Source: a candidate division WOR-3 bacterium
GTDB lineage: Bacteria > Hydrothermota > Tepidihabitantia > Tepidihabitantales > Tepidihabitantaceae
Length of the DNA stretch: 64,000 nt
NCBI GenBank assembly: GCA_037441285.1
Contig: JBBISL010000003.1
Span: forward strand, 74,763-138,762
Reading direction: 5' to 3'
The notes beneath the pieces were generated by a model that was not told where the DNA came from, did not search any database, and worked only from the letters and a program-made list of their open reading frames with translations. Shown here piece after piece: positions 10,261-20,268 of the stretch (its first letter is position 1; each line of letters opens with the position of its first letter). The position numbers and the translations under genes were made by a program.

Positions 10261-10561
10261 GAGATTTTGCCGTATCTTCCTTTTGACCGTGGAGTTTTAT
10301 TTTTCCGAATCGGGCTTCGTACTTTTTAATGTTTTCGGCTAACGCTTCGTGGAGGAGAGCGGCATGCTGCGGCGTCATTACGATTCGGGCAAACACCTTG
10401 GCTTTTGGTAAGCCGGGAAGGATGCGAGCAAAGTCAATGATGAATTCAGAACCGGAATGAGCAATAAGCACAAAGTTAGAATAAATCCCCTCCGACTCTT
10501 TTTCCCCGATTTCCACCTGGACCGGTGGTCCCTGGGGTGGTTGCTTTTCTTCGTTGTTCAT
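10250..10561 (-). CDS. DUF3467 family protein
   Basis: GIYSNFVLIAHS..EFIIDF...ARIVMTPQHA...YEARFGKI; RBS GGAG before ATG 10561. Confidence 0.8.
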   Translation of the reverse strand: MNNEEKQPPQGPPVQVEIGEKESEGIYSNFVLIAHSGSEFIIDFARILPGLPKAKVFARIVMTPQHAALLHEALAENIKKYEARFGKIKLHGQKEDTAKSLGF

Positions 10562-10605
10562 CTTGATACTCCTTTCCTGAAATTGTAAACTACCCGGGAA
10601 AATAG

Positions 10606-11814
10606 TCAAGGTCTGCGGGGAACAAGGCGGAGGAACCGGCGTTTTCCGACTTTGAGAATAACAGGGTTGTCGGCAACGCGCACCAGATAGTTCGGGTCGG
10701 AGAGCCGCTGACCATCGAGGTATACCGCACCTTCCTGCAATTTGCGTCGTGCTTCACTTTTTGAGGGCAAAAGGCCGGTGGCAGAAATCAGTTCGACGAT
10801 GTTAACGCCTTCGGGCGGCATAAGGAATTCAGGGATATCTTCGGGCGCCTGTTTTTCCCGGAATACCCGGTCGAACTCTTCTGATGCCTTTACCGCTTCG
10901 GCGGGAGAGTGGTAGAGGGCAACAACCTCTTTTGCCAGTTCGGCTTTAATGTGACGGGGGTTTTCGCCCGCCTTTAAGCGCTGGGCAATCTGATTGAGTT
11001 CCGGTTCGGTTTTTGTTGTGGTCAGACGGAAGTAGTCTAAAATCAACTCGTCAGGGATGGACATTAACTTGCCGAACATCTCCTGCGGTGGTTCGGTGAT
11101 GCCGACATAGTTGCCGTACGATTTTGACATCTTCATTTTACCGTCGGTCCCCACGAGTAAAGGCATTGTCATAATGACCTGGGGTTTTTGTCCAAAGCGT
11201 GCCTGGAGTTCCCTGCCGACCAAAAGGTTCCAGTACTGGTCCGCGCCACCCAGTTCCACATCCGCCTGAACCATTACCGAGTCGTAGCCCTGAAACAGGG
11301 GATAGAGTAGTTCGTGAACAAATAGCGGTACACCCTGCTGGAGCCGGTTTTTAAAATCCTCGCGTTCAATCAGCCGGGCAACGGTGTAACGGGCGGCGAT
11401 GTTGACAATATCGGTGGCATTAAGCGGGTCGAGCCATTCTGAGTTGTAACGAAATTCACAGCGCGCCGGGTCAAGGATTTTAAACACCTGGTCCCGGTAT
11501 CGTGCCATATTTTCTTTAATCTGTTCATCGGTAAGTTGCGGTCGGGTTTTCGAACGCCCGGTCGGGTCACCGATTTTGCCGGTGAAGTCGCCGATGATCA
11601 AGACCGCGATATGCCCCAGGTCCTGAAACTGCCTTAACTTTCTCAAAACTACGGCAAAGCCGAGATGGATATCCGGACCCGAGGCGTCGATGCCCAGTTT
11701 GATGCGCAATGGTTTACCGGTGGTACGAGATTGCTCCAGTCGTTCAAGTAGTTCGGCTTCGGTTTCCAGGCGGTCAACGCCTCTTTTGAGTTGTTCAATT
11801 ACCGACAAAGTCAT
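10606..11814 (-). CDS. tyrS: tyrosine--tRNA ligase
   Basis: KLGIDAS.PDIHLG, YPLFQGYD, GGADQ, KMSKS, C-terminal S4 domain. Confidence 0.96.
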   Translation of the reverse strand: MTLSVIEQLKRGVDRLETEAELLERLEQSRTTGKPLRIKLGIDASGPDIHLGFAVVLRKLRQFQDLGHIAVLIIGDFTGKIGDPTGRSKTRPQLTDEQIKENMARYRDQVFKILDPARCEFRYNSEWLDPLNATDIVNIAARYTVARLIEREDFKNRLQQGVPLFVHELLYPLFQGYDSVMVQADVELGGADQYWNLLVGRELQARFGQKPQVIMTMPLLVGTDGKMKMSKSYGNYVGITEPPQEMFGKLMSIPDELILDYFRLTTTKTEPELNQIAQRLKAGENPRHIKAELAKEVVALYHSPAEAVKASEEFDRVFREKQAPEDIPEFLMPPEGVNIVELISATGLLPSKSEARRKLQEGAVYLDGQRLSDPNYLVRVADNPVILKVGKRRFLRLVPRRP

Positions 11815-11820
11815 AATGGG

Positions 11821-12303
11821 TCAGAATTGGTAGTTGCCCAGGTCTTCGGGGTCGATGCCCCGTAATTTGGTGCGAAGTTCCCGCAGTTTATCCTCGTCTT
11901 CAGGCGAGAGGAACTGCCCGGCACTGTCCATTACTGCGTCTTCAACATAGATGGGCGCTCCGGTGCGTAACGCCAGACCAACAGAGTCGGAAGGCCGAGC
12001 ATCAATTGCAATCAACCGGTCACCAGTTTCGATTACCAGTTCCGCATAGAAGGTTTCGTTTTCCAGTTTGGTGATGAGAACCCGACTTACTTTACCGTTC
12101 ATTCCGACAATCAAATTGCGCATCAAATCGACTGTGAGGGGCCGGACATACTGAATGCCTTCAAGGGCGTAGGCGATAGTTGACGCCTCAGCCGCACCAA
12201 TAAAAACCGGTAAAACCCGGTTGCCTTTAACCTCACGCAAGAGCATAACCGGGGAATTGGTTGCATTGTCAATCAAAACCGCTTCAACCTGAACTTCAAT
12301 CAT
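11821..12303 (-). CDS. bifunctional nuclease family protein (DUF151)
   Basis: LPVFIG..EA, RPLTVDL, FYAEL, DARPSDSVGLA. Confidence 0.88.
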   Translation of the reverse strand: MIEVQVEAVLIDNATNSPVMLLREVKGNRVLPVFIGAAEASTIAYALEGIQYVRPLTVDLMRNLIVGMNGKVSRVLITKLENETFYAELVIETGDRLIAIDARPSDSVGLALRTGAPIYVEDAVMDSAGQFLSPEDEDKLRELRTKLRGIDPEDLGNYQF

Positions 12304-12344
12304 GGGATGAACCTGCGGGCTGCTGCGGCATCAAAGATGGGGTC

Positions 12345-12794
12345 TTAATCCACCGTTTCTTCAGCGACCCAGAGTTTTACGGTGGCGGTTATTTCGTGTC
12401 CTAATTTTATAGGGATATCATAGACGCCGGGCGCTTTTATTGGCTCTTCCAGCACGATAGCATGCTTGTCGATTTTATGGCCCGCTTTTTCTAAGAGATC
12501 GGCGATATCGGCATTGGTGATGGCGCCGAATGCACCTTCCGCACCCATCCGAATTTTTGCCTTTAATGTCACCAGTCCCAGTTGCTGACTGACCGTCATT
12601 AGCCGCTTGGTCAAACGCTCATTCCGGGTTGCAATCTGCTGACGGATGTTTTCGAGCTGGCGCATACTCCCTTCATCGGCAACAATCGCCAGTTTCCGGG
12701 GCAAAAGATAGTTGCGGGCAAAGCCATCACGAACCTCAACCACTTCGCCCTGTTTGCCCAGTCGTTCGATGTCGGTGAGGAGAATGACCCTCAT
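12345..12794 (-). CDS. rplI: 50S ribosomal protein L9
   Basis: MRVILL..LGKQGEVVEVRDGFARNYLLP. Confidence 0.97.
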   Translation of the reverse strand: MRVILLTDIERLGKQGEVVEVRDGFARNYLLPRKLAIVADEGSMRQLENIRQQIATRNERLTKRLMTVSQQLGLVTLKAKIRMGAEGAFGAITNADIADLLEKAGHKIDKHAIVLEEPIKAPGVYDIPIKLGHEITATVKLWVAEETVD

Positions 12795-12802
12795 AGTCAG
12801 TC

Positions 12803-13033
12803 TTAAATGTGGACTGTGATGAAGGGTAATAAACCCATATTGCGTGCCCGTTTAATCGCTTTTGCCAGTCGACGCTGGTGACGGGCGCACAAGCCGGAGA
12901 CGCGCGAAGAAACGATTTTTCCACGGTCGGTCAGGAAGTCCTTAAGTCGTGGGTCCTTGTAATCGATATGAGTTACGCCCTCAGCGCAGTAAGGGCAGGC
13001 TCTTGTTCTAACGGTAAAACGTTTTGTACTCAT
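12803..13033 (-). CDS. rpsR: 30S ribosomal protein S18 (Zn-ribbon type)
   Basis: CPYC...IDYKD...RGKI..R.SGLCARHQR.L..AIKRAR..GLLPF. Confidence 0.95.
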   Translation of the reverse strand: MSTKRFTVRTRACPYCAEGVTHIDYKDPRLKDFLTDRGKIVSSRVSGLCARHQRRLAKAIKRARNMGLLPFITVHI

Positions 13034-13040
13034 TATTAGA

Positions 13041-13068
13041 AGGATAAACGAATTTTGCTGTGAGTCAA
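13041..13068 (-). promoter_or_regulatory. sigma70-type promoter of rpsR (TTGACT-N16-TATCCT)
   Basis: -10 box 7 nt upstream of ATG 13033; no RBS. Confidence 0.55.
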
Positions 13069-13743
13069 GTTTTTGACCTGCGTTCAAAATCGGTTAATCC
13101 AGGGTCCAATATATTGAGGCAGTTTGGCACGGATGTTTTGGGCAAGAGCAAGGGGTAAATTAGTAACGGTTTTTGCCCAATCCGGGGCAAAGAGTTTTTT
13201 GGAATATTTGCAGTTTAATTTGTTAGCCTTGAAGGGGGCAAAATCTGAAGTGGGGCGGTGCCGGCAAGGGTTTAATAACACAGAAGTTACACAATTGTGT
13301 ACCGCTCAAAATAAGAGATGGTACCCGGCAATTTACCCTGTAATGTTTAGAGCCCGAAAAGAGGGAGAAGGTAACGAACTATATAACACATTGAAAAATA
13401 ATAAATTAAGTGATTGAGGTTGTGGTTGATACCGTCCTCTGGATCGTTCCGGGGGTAGTATTCAGTAGGGTGGTGTTAAGGGAGGTTGCTGCTATTTTTA
13501 AGGGAGCGCCTATTCTTGTCTAAGTTGCAGGGGTTGGATGGTTTTCGGGGGCGCTTTTACGGCCGAAAATCTTTTCAATTCCCTTCTTCCTGATAAATGC
13601 TTAAGCGGTTTTAATGGAATTTTAGCCAGCCGGTATTGCTGCGGTTTTTGAATTTGATGTCTGTCTTCTGTTAATGTCGTAAATCAGATATGCCGGGAAG
13701 GTAGAAAGGGTTTAGGGAAATCTCGCAGAATGGGTAATTCGGT

Positions 13744-14982
13744 TTATTCGTAACGGAGCGCCTGAATCGGGTCAAGTCGTGCCGCCCGTGATGCCGGGTA
13801 AATGCCGAAGAAGATGCCAACCAGCGCCGAGAAACCAAAGCCGATAAGGATGGTCCAGAACGGTGCGGCAGCACGGAGGTGCGCGGTGAGCTCAACAATC
13901 TTGGCGATGCCGATACCAAAAAGGATACCGACAGCACCACCGGCAAGGGCGAGGAAGACCGATTCAAGGAGAAATTGATAGAGGATGTTGCGCGTGGTAG
14001 CGCCGAGGGCTTTACGCAAGCCAATTTCTCGGGTGCGCTCGGCGACGGCAACGAGCATTATGTTCATAATTCCGATACCACCAACGAGCAGCGAAATCGC
14101 GGCAACGGCAATCATCACAATGAAGGCAACACGAGTGATGTTTTTGTAAATTTCGCGCAGCGTTTCCTGAGTGTTGATGCCGAAGTCGTCCGGTTTGTCA
14201 TAACCCAGAGCGTGGCGCCGCCGCATCAGTTCGCGGATGCGGTCAATTGCCTGGTCGACCGGAACATTTTTTTTCGGTTCGATGACGATGGCAAGGTCGT
14301 GGGCAAGGGTACCAAATCCGCCCTGGGGTTTGAAGCTTTTTTCAAAGGTGGTCAGGGGGATGAAAAGTACATTGTCCTGGGTTTGACCTAAAAAGGAGCC
14401 TTTGCGGACCAGGGTGCCGATGATGATGAAACTCTTACCTTCAATATTGAGTCTTTTGCCCAGCGGGTCTTCGTCTGGGAAGAGGTTGTCAACGATGTAA
14501 CCACCGATCACACACACGGGTCGTTTGCGCATACTGTCGTCGGAATTGATGAAACGGCCGGTTTCAATCGTGTAGTTGGCGATGGTCGCGTAAGCCGGGG
14601 TGATGCCCGCCATTTCGATACTGGTTACCTTGCGGTTGCGGTAGTTCAGCCGATTGACCATTCGGCTGCGCAGCGGCGCTACCCGTTCAATTATCGGGAG
14701 CCGGGCGATGGCGTTGGCGTCGTCCAGAGTCAGGTCGGGCCGGCGGTTGATTTCGTCCCAGTCGATGCGGCCCATTCCCCAGTTTATCTTTTGGAGGTAG
14801 ATGACATGGGAGCCGAGGGAACTGATCTGGCGTTCCACTTCGTAGTTCATACCCTGAATTAAAGAGACGATGGCGATGACGGTCATTACGCCGATGATGA
14901 TGCCAAGGGTGGTTAAAAAGGAGCGCAGGCGATTGATGCGAAAGGTGGTCAGGGCAAGTTTGGCAATTTCCCAGAAGAGCAT
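13744..14982 (-). CDS. MacB/FtsX-family ABC permease
   Basis: RSFLTTLGIIIG, VGGIGIMNIMLVAVAERTREIGLRKALGA, YPASRAARLDPI. Confidence 0.93.
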   Translation of the reverse strand: MLFWEIAKLALTTFRINRLRSFLTTLGIIIGVMTVIAIVSLIQGMNYEVERQISSLGSHVIYLQKINWGMGRIDWDEINRRPDLTLDDANAIARLPIIERVAPLRSRMVNRLNYRNRKVTSIEMAGITPAYATIANYTIETGRFINSDDSMRKRPVCVIGGYIVDNLFPDEDPLGKRLNIEGKSFIIIGTLVRKGSFLGQTQDNVLFIPLTTFEKSFKPQGGFGTLAHDLAIVIEPKKNVPVDQAIDRIRELMRRRHALGYDKPDDFGINTQETLREIYKNITRVAFIVMIAVAAISLLVGGIGIMNIMLVAVAERTREIGLRKALGATTRNILYQFLLESVFLALAGGAVGILFGIGIAKIVELTAHLRAAAPFWTILIGFGFSALVGIFFGIYPASRAARLDPIQALRYE

Positions 14983-14985
14983 TTA

Positions 14986-15654
14986 TTACTCCTCGACGAT
15001 TTTGCCGTCTTTGAGTTTTATCGTACGCCGGGCATGGTCGGCGACCGTTTTGTCGTGGGTGACAAGGATGACGGTATTGCCTTCCTGTGCCATGGTGTCA
15101 AACAGGTGCATAATTTCGCTGCCGGTCCGGGAGTCGAGGTTGCCCGTTGGTTCGTCGGCAAGGATAACGGCTGGAGAGTTGGCAAGGGCGCGGGCAATGG
15201 CGACCCTTTGCATTTCGCCGCCGGATAGTTCGTTGGAGCGATGGTTAAGCCGGTCGCCGAGGCCAACCATTGTGAGCAGTTCGGTGGCACGGCGCCGCCG
15301 TTCTTTACGCCCAACACCGGCGTAGAGCATCGGCAGTTCAACATTGGCAAGGGCGGAGAGCCGGGGCAACAGGTTGAAGTTCTGAAATACAAAACCGAAC
15401 TCTTTGTTACGGAGGCGAGCGAGTTCGTTGTCGCTGAGCTGGGATGTGTCGGCACCGTTGAAGAAGTACTTGCCGGTGGTCGGTGTGTCGAGGCAGCCCA
15501 GAATGTGCATCAAAGTCGATTTACCCGAGCCCGAGGGTCCCATCAGGGCAACATATTCGCCCTTTTCAATTGTCAGCGAAATGCCGTCAAGGGCACGCAC
15601 CGCACTTTTACCCAGGGGGTAGATTTTGGTTACCTGTTCGATTTTGATCAGCAC
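14986..15654 (-). CDS. ABC transporter ATP-binding protein (MacB/LolD type)
   Basis: GPSGSGKS, LSGGEMQR, ILADEPTGNLD; GTG start. Confidence 0.95.
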   Translation of the reverse strand: MLIKIEQVTKIYPLGKSAVRALDGISLTIEKGEYVALMGPSGSGKSTLMHILGCLDTPTTGKYFFNGADTSQLSDNELARLRNKEFGFVFQNFNLLPRLSALANVELPMLYAGVGRKERRRRATELLTMVGLGDRLNHRSNELSGGEMQRVAIARALANSPAVILADEPTGNLDSRTGSEIMHLFDTMAQEGNTVILVTHDKTVADHARRTIKLKDGKIVEE

Positions 15655-15657
15655 GCC

Positions 15658-16770
15658 TCAGTCAAGCGTATCGGTTTGCACCGGACGGGCGTTGACCCGT
15701 TGCCCATCGGTGAGTTTGGTCAGAACCTTGTAGGGACCGGTGATAACCTCGTCGCCGGGATTGATGCCGGCGACAATTTCAATGTCGGTATCGCTTGCCT
15801 TGCCGGTTTTGACCGGGGTGAGCACCGCCTTGCCATCTTTTACCAAAAACACGGTTTCGGTCTCTTTACCCGCCACTTTGCGCCGGCCCACCGCCTGAAT
15901 CGGTACCGTGAGCACCGAGTCGAGTCGGGCGGTGATGATTTCGGCGTGGCAGGTCATTCCCGGACGCAAGGATGATACCACGGTGCTGTCAATGGTGATA
16001 GTAACCTCAAAATTCGTTCCGCTTTCGGTTGCGCTCAGGAGTTTTTGTACCGGCATATAGCCCACCCGGGTGACTTTTCCGGTAAAGGTGGTGTCGGGCA
16101 GGGCGTCAACCGTAATCTGGGCGAACTGACCCGGTGCGACATTGACAATATCGGTTTCGTCGACCTCAACCAGGGCTTCCATTGCGGACAGGTCGGCAAG
16201 GACCATCAGTACGGTACCGGGACTGTTCATCGTGCCGATGACAACCGTTTCTCCTTCCTTGATGTTTAACTGGGAGACGATACCCGAGATTGGGGCGCAG
16301 ATGACCGTTTTGTCAAACTGGTCTTGTGCCTGTAAAAACTGGGCTTCAGCCGCCTCGTAGGCGGCGCGGGATGCTTCATACTGCTCCGGCGCGATGAGTC
16401 CGCGGGAGTAGAGGCTTTCAATTCGGGCATGTTTCAGTTTTATCTGGGTGAACTGGGCACGTGCCAGGATTAGTTGTGCTTCATAGGTCTGCCGGTCAAG
16501 TTCCAGGAGGGTGTCACCAGTCCGGACAAAGTCGCCTTCCTGGATGCGCAGTTTTTTAACTACACCCATCAGTTGCGCCTGAAGATTGACCTGAGTACGG
16601 GCGCGGAGCGTACCCGTGGCGGTAACTTTGGACAGGATTGAACCGTAGTCGGCGGTTTCGGTTTCACAGAGGACGCCGGGTGAGCCCCGGGAACGGTTAA
16701 GGACGATGAAAAGGACGAGCAGGATAATAACTCCCAGGACAACCAAAATGATGCGGAGCGGTTTTTTCAC
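15658..16770 (-). CDS. efflux periplasmic adaptor (MacA/HlyD family)
   Basis: N-terminal TM anchor, lipoyl-like halves, APISG, VDETDI, LRPGMT. Confidence 0.9.
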   Translation of the reverse strand: MKKPLRIILVVLGVIILLVLFIVLNRSRGSPGVLCETETADYGSILSKVTATGTLRARTQVNLQAQLMGVVKKLRIQEGDFVRTGDTLLELDRQTYEAQLILARAQFTQIKLKHARIESLYSRGLIAPEQYEASRAAYEAAEAQFLQAQDQFDKTVICAPISGIVSQLNIKEGETVVIGTMNSPGTVLMVLADLSAMEALVEVDETDIVNVAPGQFAQITVDALPDTTFTGKVTRVGYMPVQKLLSATESGTNFEVTITIDSTVVSSLRPGMTCHAEIITARLDSVLTVPIQAVGRRKVAGKETETVFLVKDGKAVLTPVKTGKASDTDIEIVAGINPGDEVITGPYKVLTKLTDGQRVNARPVQTDTLD

Positions 16771-16785
16771 GACACCTCCTTCAAC

Positions 16786-18051
16786 TTATTGCCCTTCAGT
16801 AAAGATATCGGTTTTGCCCAAAAGATAGCCAATCTGGGCGGTCTGGATGTAGGTGTCACAGAGCGCGGCAAGATAGGAAGCCTCGGCTTGCGCAAGGTTG
16901 ACTTCAACTTCCAACAGGTCGTTTAAGGAATAGCTACCGAGTTCGTATTGCGAGCGGGCGAGGTTGTAGAGTTCCCGGTTGAGTTCTAAGTTGCGTTTTG
17001 CTTCGGTGTAACGGAGTTTCGCTTCTTCAAGGTCGAGAAGCGCGGATTGGGCTGCAGCCCGCAACTGGAAACGGGCGCGTGCCAGCGCGGCACGGGCGCG
17101 GCGTGAGCCGGCAATGGCGTCACCGATGGTAAGAAGCAAGGTTTTAATGTCAGCGATCGAGAAGGAAAAGCGGATGCCGTCGGTACGGTTTGCGTTCTTT
17201 TGCCAGGTACGATAGTTTTGGGGCAGGGTAGTGTCGATGGTCGTCCAGGAACGATAAAGCGATACTGAAGGCAGGACGCGGGCAATGGCGGCACCGAGGT
17301 TTAGACGGGCAACGGTATTGAGATGCTGGCTCATACGGACACTGATATTAACGCGCTCAATCGTCTTAAGCAGACTGTCGGGGTCGGTGATGGGAAAATC
17401 GGCGGGTGAATTGAGTTGTTCGGTTGCCCGGATTGGACGAGGACGGTTGATGCCGGCGGTGGAGCGTAGTTTTTCCTGAGCCAAAGCGACATTTTTCTGG
17501 GCGCTTAACAGGTTGAGTTGTGTCTGGGAGTAGAAAACTTCGCTGCGTAACAGGTCGATGCGCGACACCTGGCCAAGTTGGTAGCGTTCGGTAGTATAGT
17601 TGAGGTTTTCCGCTGCCTGCTGGAGGGCTTTCTGGGCGGCATCAAGCAGTAGTTGAGCCTTTAAAAGGTTTAGATAGTCGGTGGTGGTTTGAAAGATGAG
17701 GGCAGCGATTTTTTCCCGGGCGTCAAGAGAATAGTAACGGGCGTTAACAACGCCATTTATGAAGCCGGCGAACACCGTTGGGTCAAACAACACCTGATTG
17801 ATGGTCAGGGTACTGGTCCAGAGTGCTTGCCCGGACATTTCCCTGGTCTGAGTGATGTTTACCTGAGGTGCGGGCAGGATGCCATTTAGCCCCTGACCTA
17901 AAGTCAACCAGCTCTGCAACCGGCCAGCACTGGCTTCAGTTGCCTGCGGGCTTTGTTTTAATGCGGTTTGTAGCGTTTGATTGAGGCTGAGGTAAAGGGT
18001 ATCGTCAGGCGCTGGGGCGATGAAAAAAAGGAGAAGGGCAAAAAAATTCAT
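16786..18051 (-). CDS. TolC-family outer-membrane efflux protein
   Basis: Two OEP repeats (YLNLL...ERYQLGQVSRIDLL; YELGSYSLNDLL); upstream of MacA/MacB. Confidence 0.85.
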   Translation of the reverse strand: MNFFALLLFFIAPAPDDTLYLSLNQTLQTALKQSPQATEASAGRLQSWLTLGQGLNGILPAPQVNITQTREMSGQALWTSTLTINQVLFDPTVFAGFINGVVNARYYSLDAREKIAALIFQTTTDYLNLLKAQLLLDAAQKALQQAAENLNYTTERYQLGQVSRIDLLRSEVFYSQTQLNLLSAQKNVALAQEKLRSTAGINRPRPIRATEQLNSPADFPITDPDSLLKTIERVNISVRMSQHLNTVARLNLGAAIARVLPSVSLYRSWTTIDTTLPQNYRTWQKNANRTDGIRFSFSIADIKTLLLTIGDAIAGSRRARAALARARFQLRAAAQSALLDLEEAKLRYTEAKRNLELNRELYNLARSQYELGSYSLNDLLEVEVNLAQAEASYLAALCDTYIQTAQIGYLLGKTDIFTEGQ

Positions 18052-18057
18052 TACTAT

Positions 18058-18813
18058 TTATCCCAGTGCCAGACCACCGGAGAGTGATATTAAAGCAGCA
18101 ATGATGAGGACATAGCAGAACCAGATGAGAAATACGACCAGAACGGTGTTTCTCATTTTAAGGTTGAAGATGACTTTAAGCCCGAGGCTAACAAGAATTA
18201 GTTCCCAGATGGTGAAGATGTCAATGCAGGCGAAAACTCCGCGGAGATAAACCGGAGCATTAGCGGCGAGCGGGGCAAGGCTGGTGGCAGCGGTCAGATT
18301 GCCGGTGGCAAGGATTATGATGATGTGAAACAGAGAGGCAGGGATGCGGACGAGCGCGGCGTTGGTGGTGATGGCGAAGGTGCGGCCAAAGCTGGAGGAG
18401 GAGCCGAGCAGGGGCAGAAGTAGATTGAGGATTGTGCTCCAGATGACGATTTGCAACCCCGACCAGACCACGGCGGGCAGGCTGCGGACAAAAAAGCGGA
18501 AAAACAGTTTCAACCAGGAGGCGTTCTGGTAGAACTCGATTTCGGAATGGGACATATCCTCGATACGCTTGAGCGCCGCCTCATACTGGTCTGCTGGCAT
18601 CTTGCCTTTTTCCATTTGGGCTTCAAGAAAATCTTTGGTCTTGGCGATGCGGGATTCGATACTGGCTACGAGGCGGGGGCGCGGTAAAAATGAGCTGCCA
18701 ATGGTAGCAATGAAGAGCGGCAAAATCAGGGCAAGGATGAGCGGTGCGGTCCAGGTTGGTTTGTTACTTAACTCCTGAAAGCGGCGGGTCGGCGCGGAGA
18801 TGATTTGCCACAT
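18058..18813 (-). CDS. YIP1-family membrane protein
   Basis: 'IISAPTRRFQEL..KPTW' N-terminus, several TM helices, 'DIFTIW'; AAGGAGG RBS before ATG 18813. Confidence 0.75.
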   Translation of the reverse strand: MWQIISAPTRRFQELSNKPTWTAPLILALILPLFIATIGSSFLPRPRLVASIESRIAKTKDFLEAQMEKGKMPADQYEAALKRIEDMSHSEIEFYQNASWLKLFFRFFVRSLPAVVWSGLQIVIWSTILNLLLPLLGSSSSFGRTFAITTNAALVRIPASLFHIIIILATGNLTAATSLAPLAANAPVYLRGVFACIDIFTIWELILVSLGLKVIFNLKMRNTVLVVFLIWFCYVLIIAALISLSGGLALG

Positions 18814-18820
18814 CGGGACA

Positions 18821-20218
18821 TTACCTCCTTTTCCCGGCGGTTTTTGTGCTGATGCCGGTGTGTTGAGCATTCTGGCGAAACTGGGGCCAGAGGGAACGGG
18901 CGGGTGGTGCATCGCCGTAAAAGGCGTAGAGACCACCATCCCAGGAGCCAATATACACTGTGCCATCAGGACCGATGGTGGGTGATGATGTGTAATACAG
19001 GTCCTTGTCTTCCCAGGCAACATCCTGTTTGAAGAGGATTCGGCCTGAAGCGGTGAAGGCGTAGAAAGTGCCGTCGTCGGGCAAAATGTAAACCGTACCG
19101 TTGTCACTTACCGCTGGTGTGGAACAAACCACATCATTCATTTCGTAAATAATCTTTGTCCGGCCCGTGTCGGATTTCGCACAAAGGTAGTAACCATCAG
19201 TGCCCCAGTACATCGTACCATCAGGGCTATAGACAACCTCGGTTCGGATTTCATCCTCATCCGGAACCGGAATCCGCCAGCGCAGCCTGCCATCGGGTCT
19301 CAGGGCGTAAATGAAGCCATCGGAGCAGCCGATACGGATGTTACCCTGTTCATCCGGAACCGGGGCGGGAAAGAAATAGGTTTCATCACCGGTACCAAAA
19401 GCCCAGCGTCTTTTGCCTCGGTTTGTGAAGCAGTATACCGAGTCGGTGGCGATGTAGATTAGCCCATTACGGGCAATCGTTGGGGAAGATGTGGCTTCTT
19501 CTCCGACATTGACGCGCCAGCGAATTTTACCTTGAGGGGTTAGGGCGAACAGGGTGCCACTGTCGTTGACGATGTAGATTGAGCCGTCGGTATAAACCGT
19601 CGCCGGGGTCCAAAGTTCGTTTTCGAGGTTTATTGACCAGTGGATGTTGCCCGTGGTATCAAGGCAGTAAAGGTGGGAGTCGAGTGCGGGAATATAGATT
19701 TTGCCGGCGTGAATTGTTGCTGCGGAGTAAATCGGGCCCCGGGCGGTAAAGGTCCAGCGCAATTCACCGTTAGAAGAGAAGGAGTAGAAGGTACCGGTTT
19801 CATCGCCGATGTACACATTGCCCATTTCGTCAATTGCCGGGGTGGCAACAACCGGACCAGATGTCGGTGCAAACCATTTGAGCAAGGACGGGACAACCTG
19901 GACCGAACAGGGCTGGCTCCAGGTTGATTGGTTGCCGATGGAGTCTTTTGCCATTACCCGGATGGCGAATTTACCGGTCGAATGATAGCGATGGTAACGG
20001 GTAATATCAGTCAACGAACGCAGCGGTCCGGTCCAGTCAAGGGTCTCGCCATCGCCCCAGTCAATTTTGTAGAAGAGCGGCAAAGGGTTACGGGCTTCTG
20101 GGAAAATGGTGAGTTCCAGTTCGTTTATTGTGTCAACACGCAAAGGATAAACGAACGAGTCCGGCGGCACAATCTGTGCCGGTTCAATCAATGAAAGTAT
20201 CAATAGGAAAGGCATCAT
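18821..20218 (-). CDS. secreted PKD plus PQQ-like beta-propeller repeat protein
   Basis: IDWGDG PKD motif; repeated SSPxI..DGTVY.GS.DG.LYA / G..RW.F blades. Confidence 0.8.
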   Translation of the reverse strand: MMPFLLILSLIEPAQIVPPDSFVYPLRVDTINELELTIFPEARNPLPLFYKIDWGDGETLDWTGPLRSLTDITRYHRYHSTGKFAIRVMAKDSIGNQSTWSQPCSVQVVPSLLKWFAPTSGPVVATPAIDEMGNVYIGDETGTFYSFSSNGELRWTFTARGPIYSAATIHAGKIYIPALDSHLYCLDTTGNIHWSINLENELWTPATVYTDGSIYIVNDSGTLFALTPQGKIRWRVNVGEEATSSPTIARNGLIYIATDSVYCFTNRGKRRWAFGTGDETYFFPAPVPDEQGNIRIGCSDGFIYALRPDGRLRWRIPVPDEDEIRTEVVYSPDGTMYWGTDGYYLCAKSDTGRTKIIYEMNDVVCSTPAVSDNGTVYILPDDGTFYAFTASGRILFKQDVAWEDKDLYYTSSPTIGPDGTVYIGSWDGGLYAFYGDAPPARSLWPQFRQNAQHTGISTKTAGKRR

Positions 20219-20268
20219 AATGGTAAATAGTAAATGTTAATGGGTTATTGTCAACTGTTTGTGGTCAG

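Noticed and set aside
13123..13140. TGGCACG as a possible sigma54 -24 box
   Set aside because: The -12 GC is missing (TTTTG) and no credible gene follows
13124..13417. 97-aa plus-strand ORF and 65-aa antisense ORF in the rpsR upstream gap
   Set aside because: TTG start, no recognisable domain and no clear promoter; probably spurious
18814..19107. 98-codon N-terminal extension of the YIP1 ORF
   Set aside because: It overlaps the upstream beta-propeller gene, and a strong RBS supports ATG 18813
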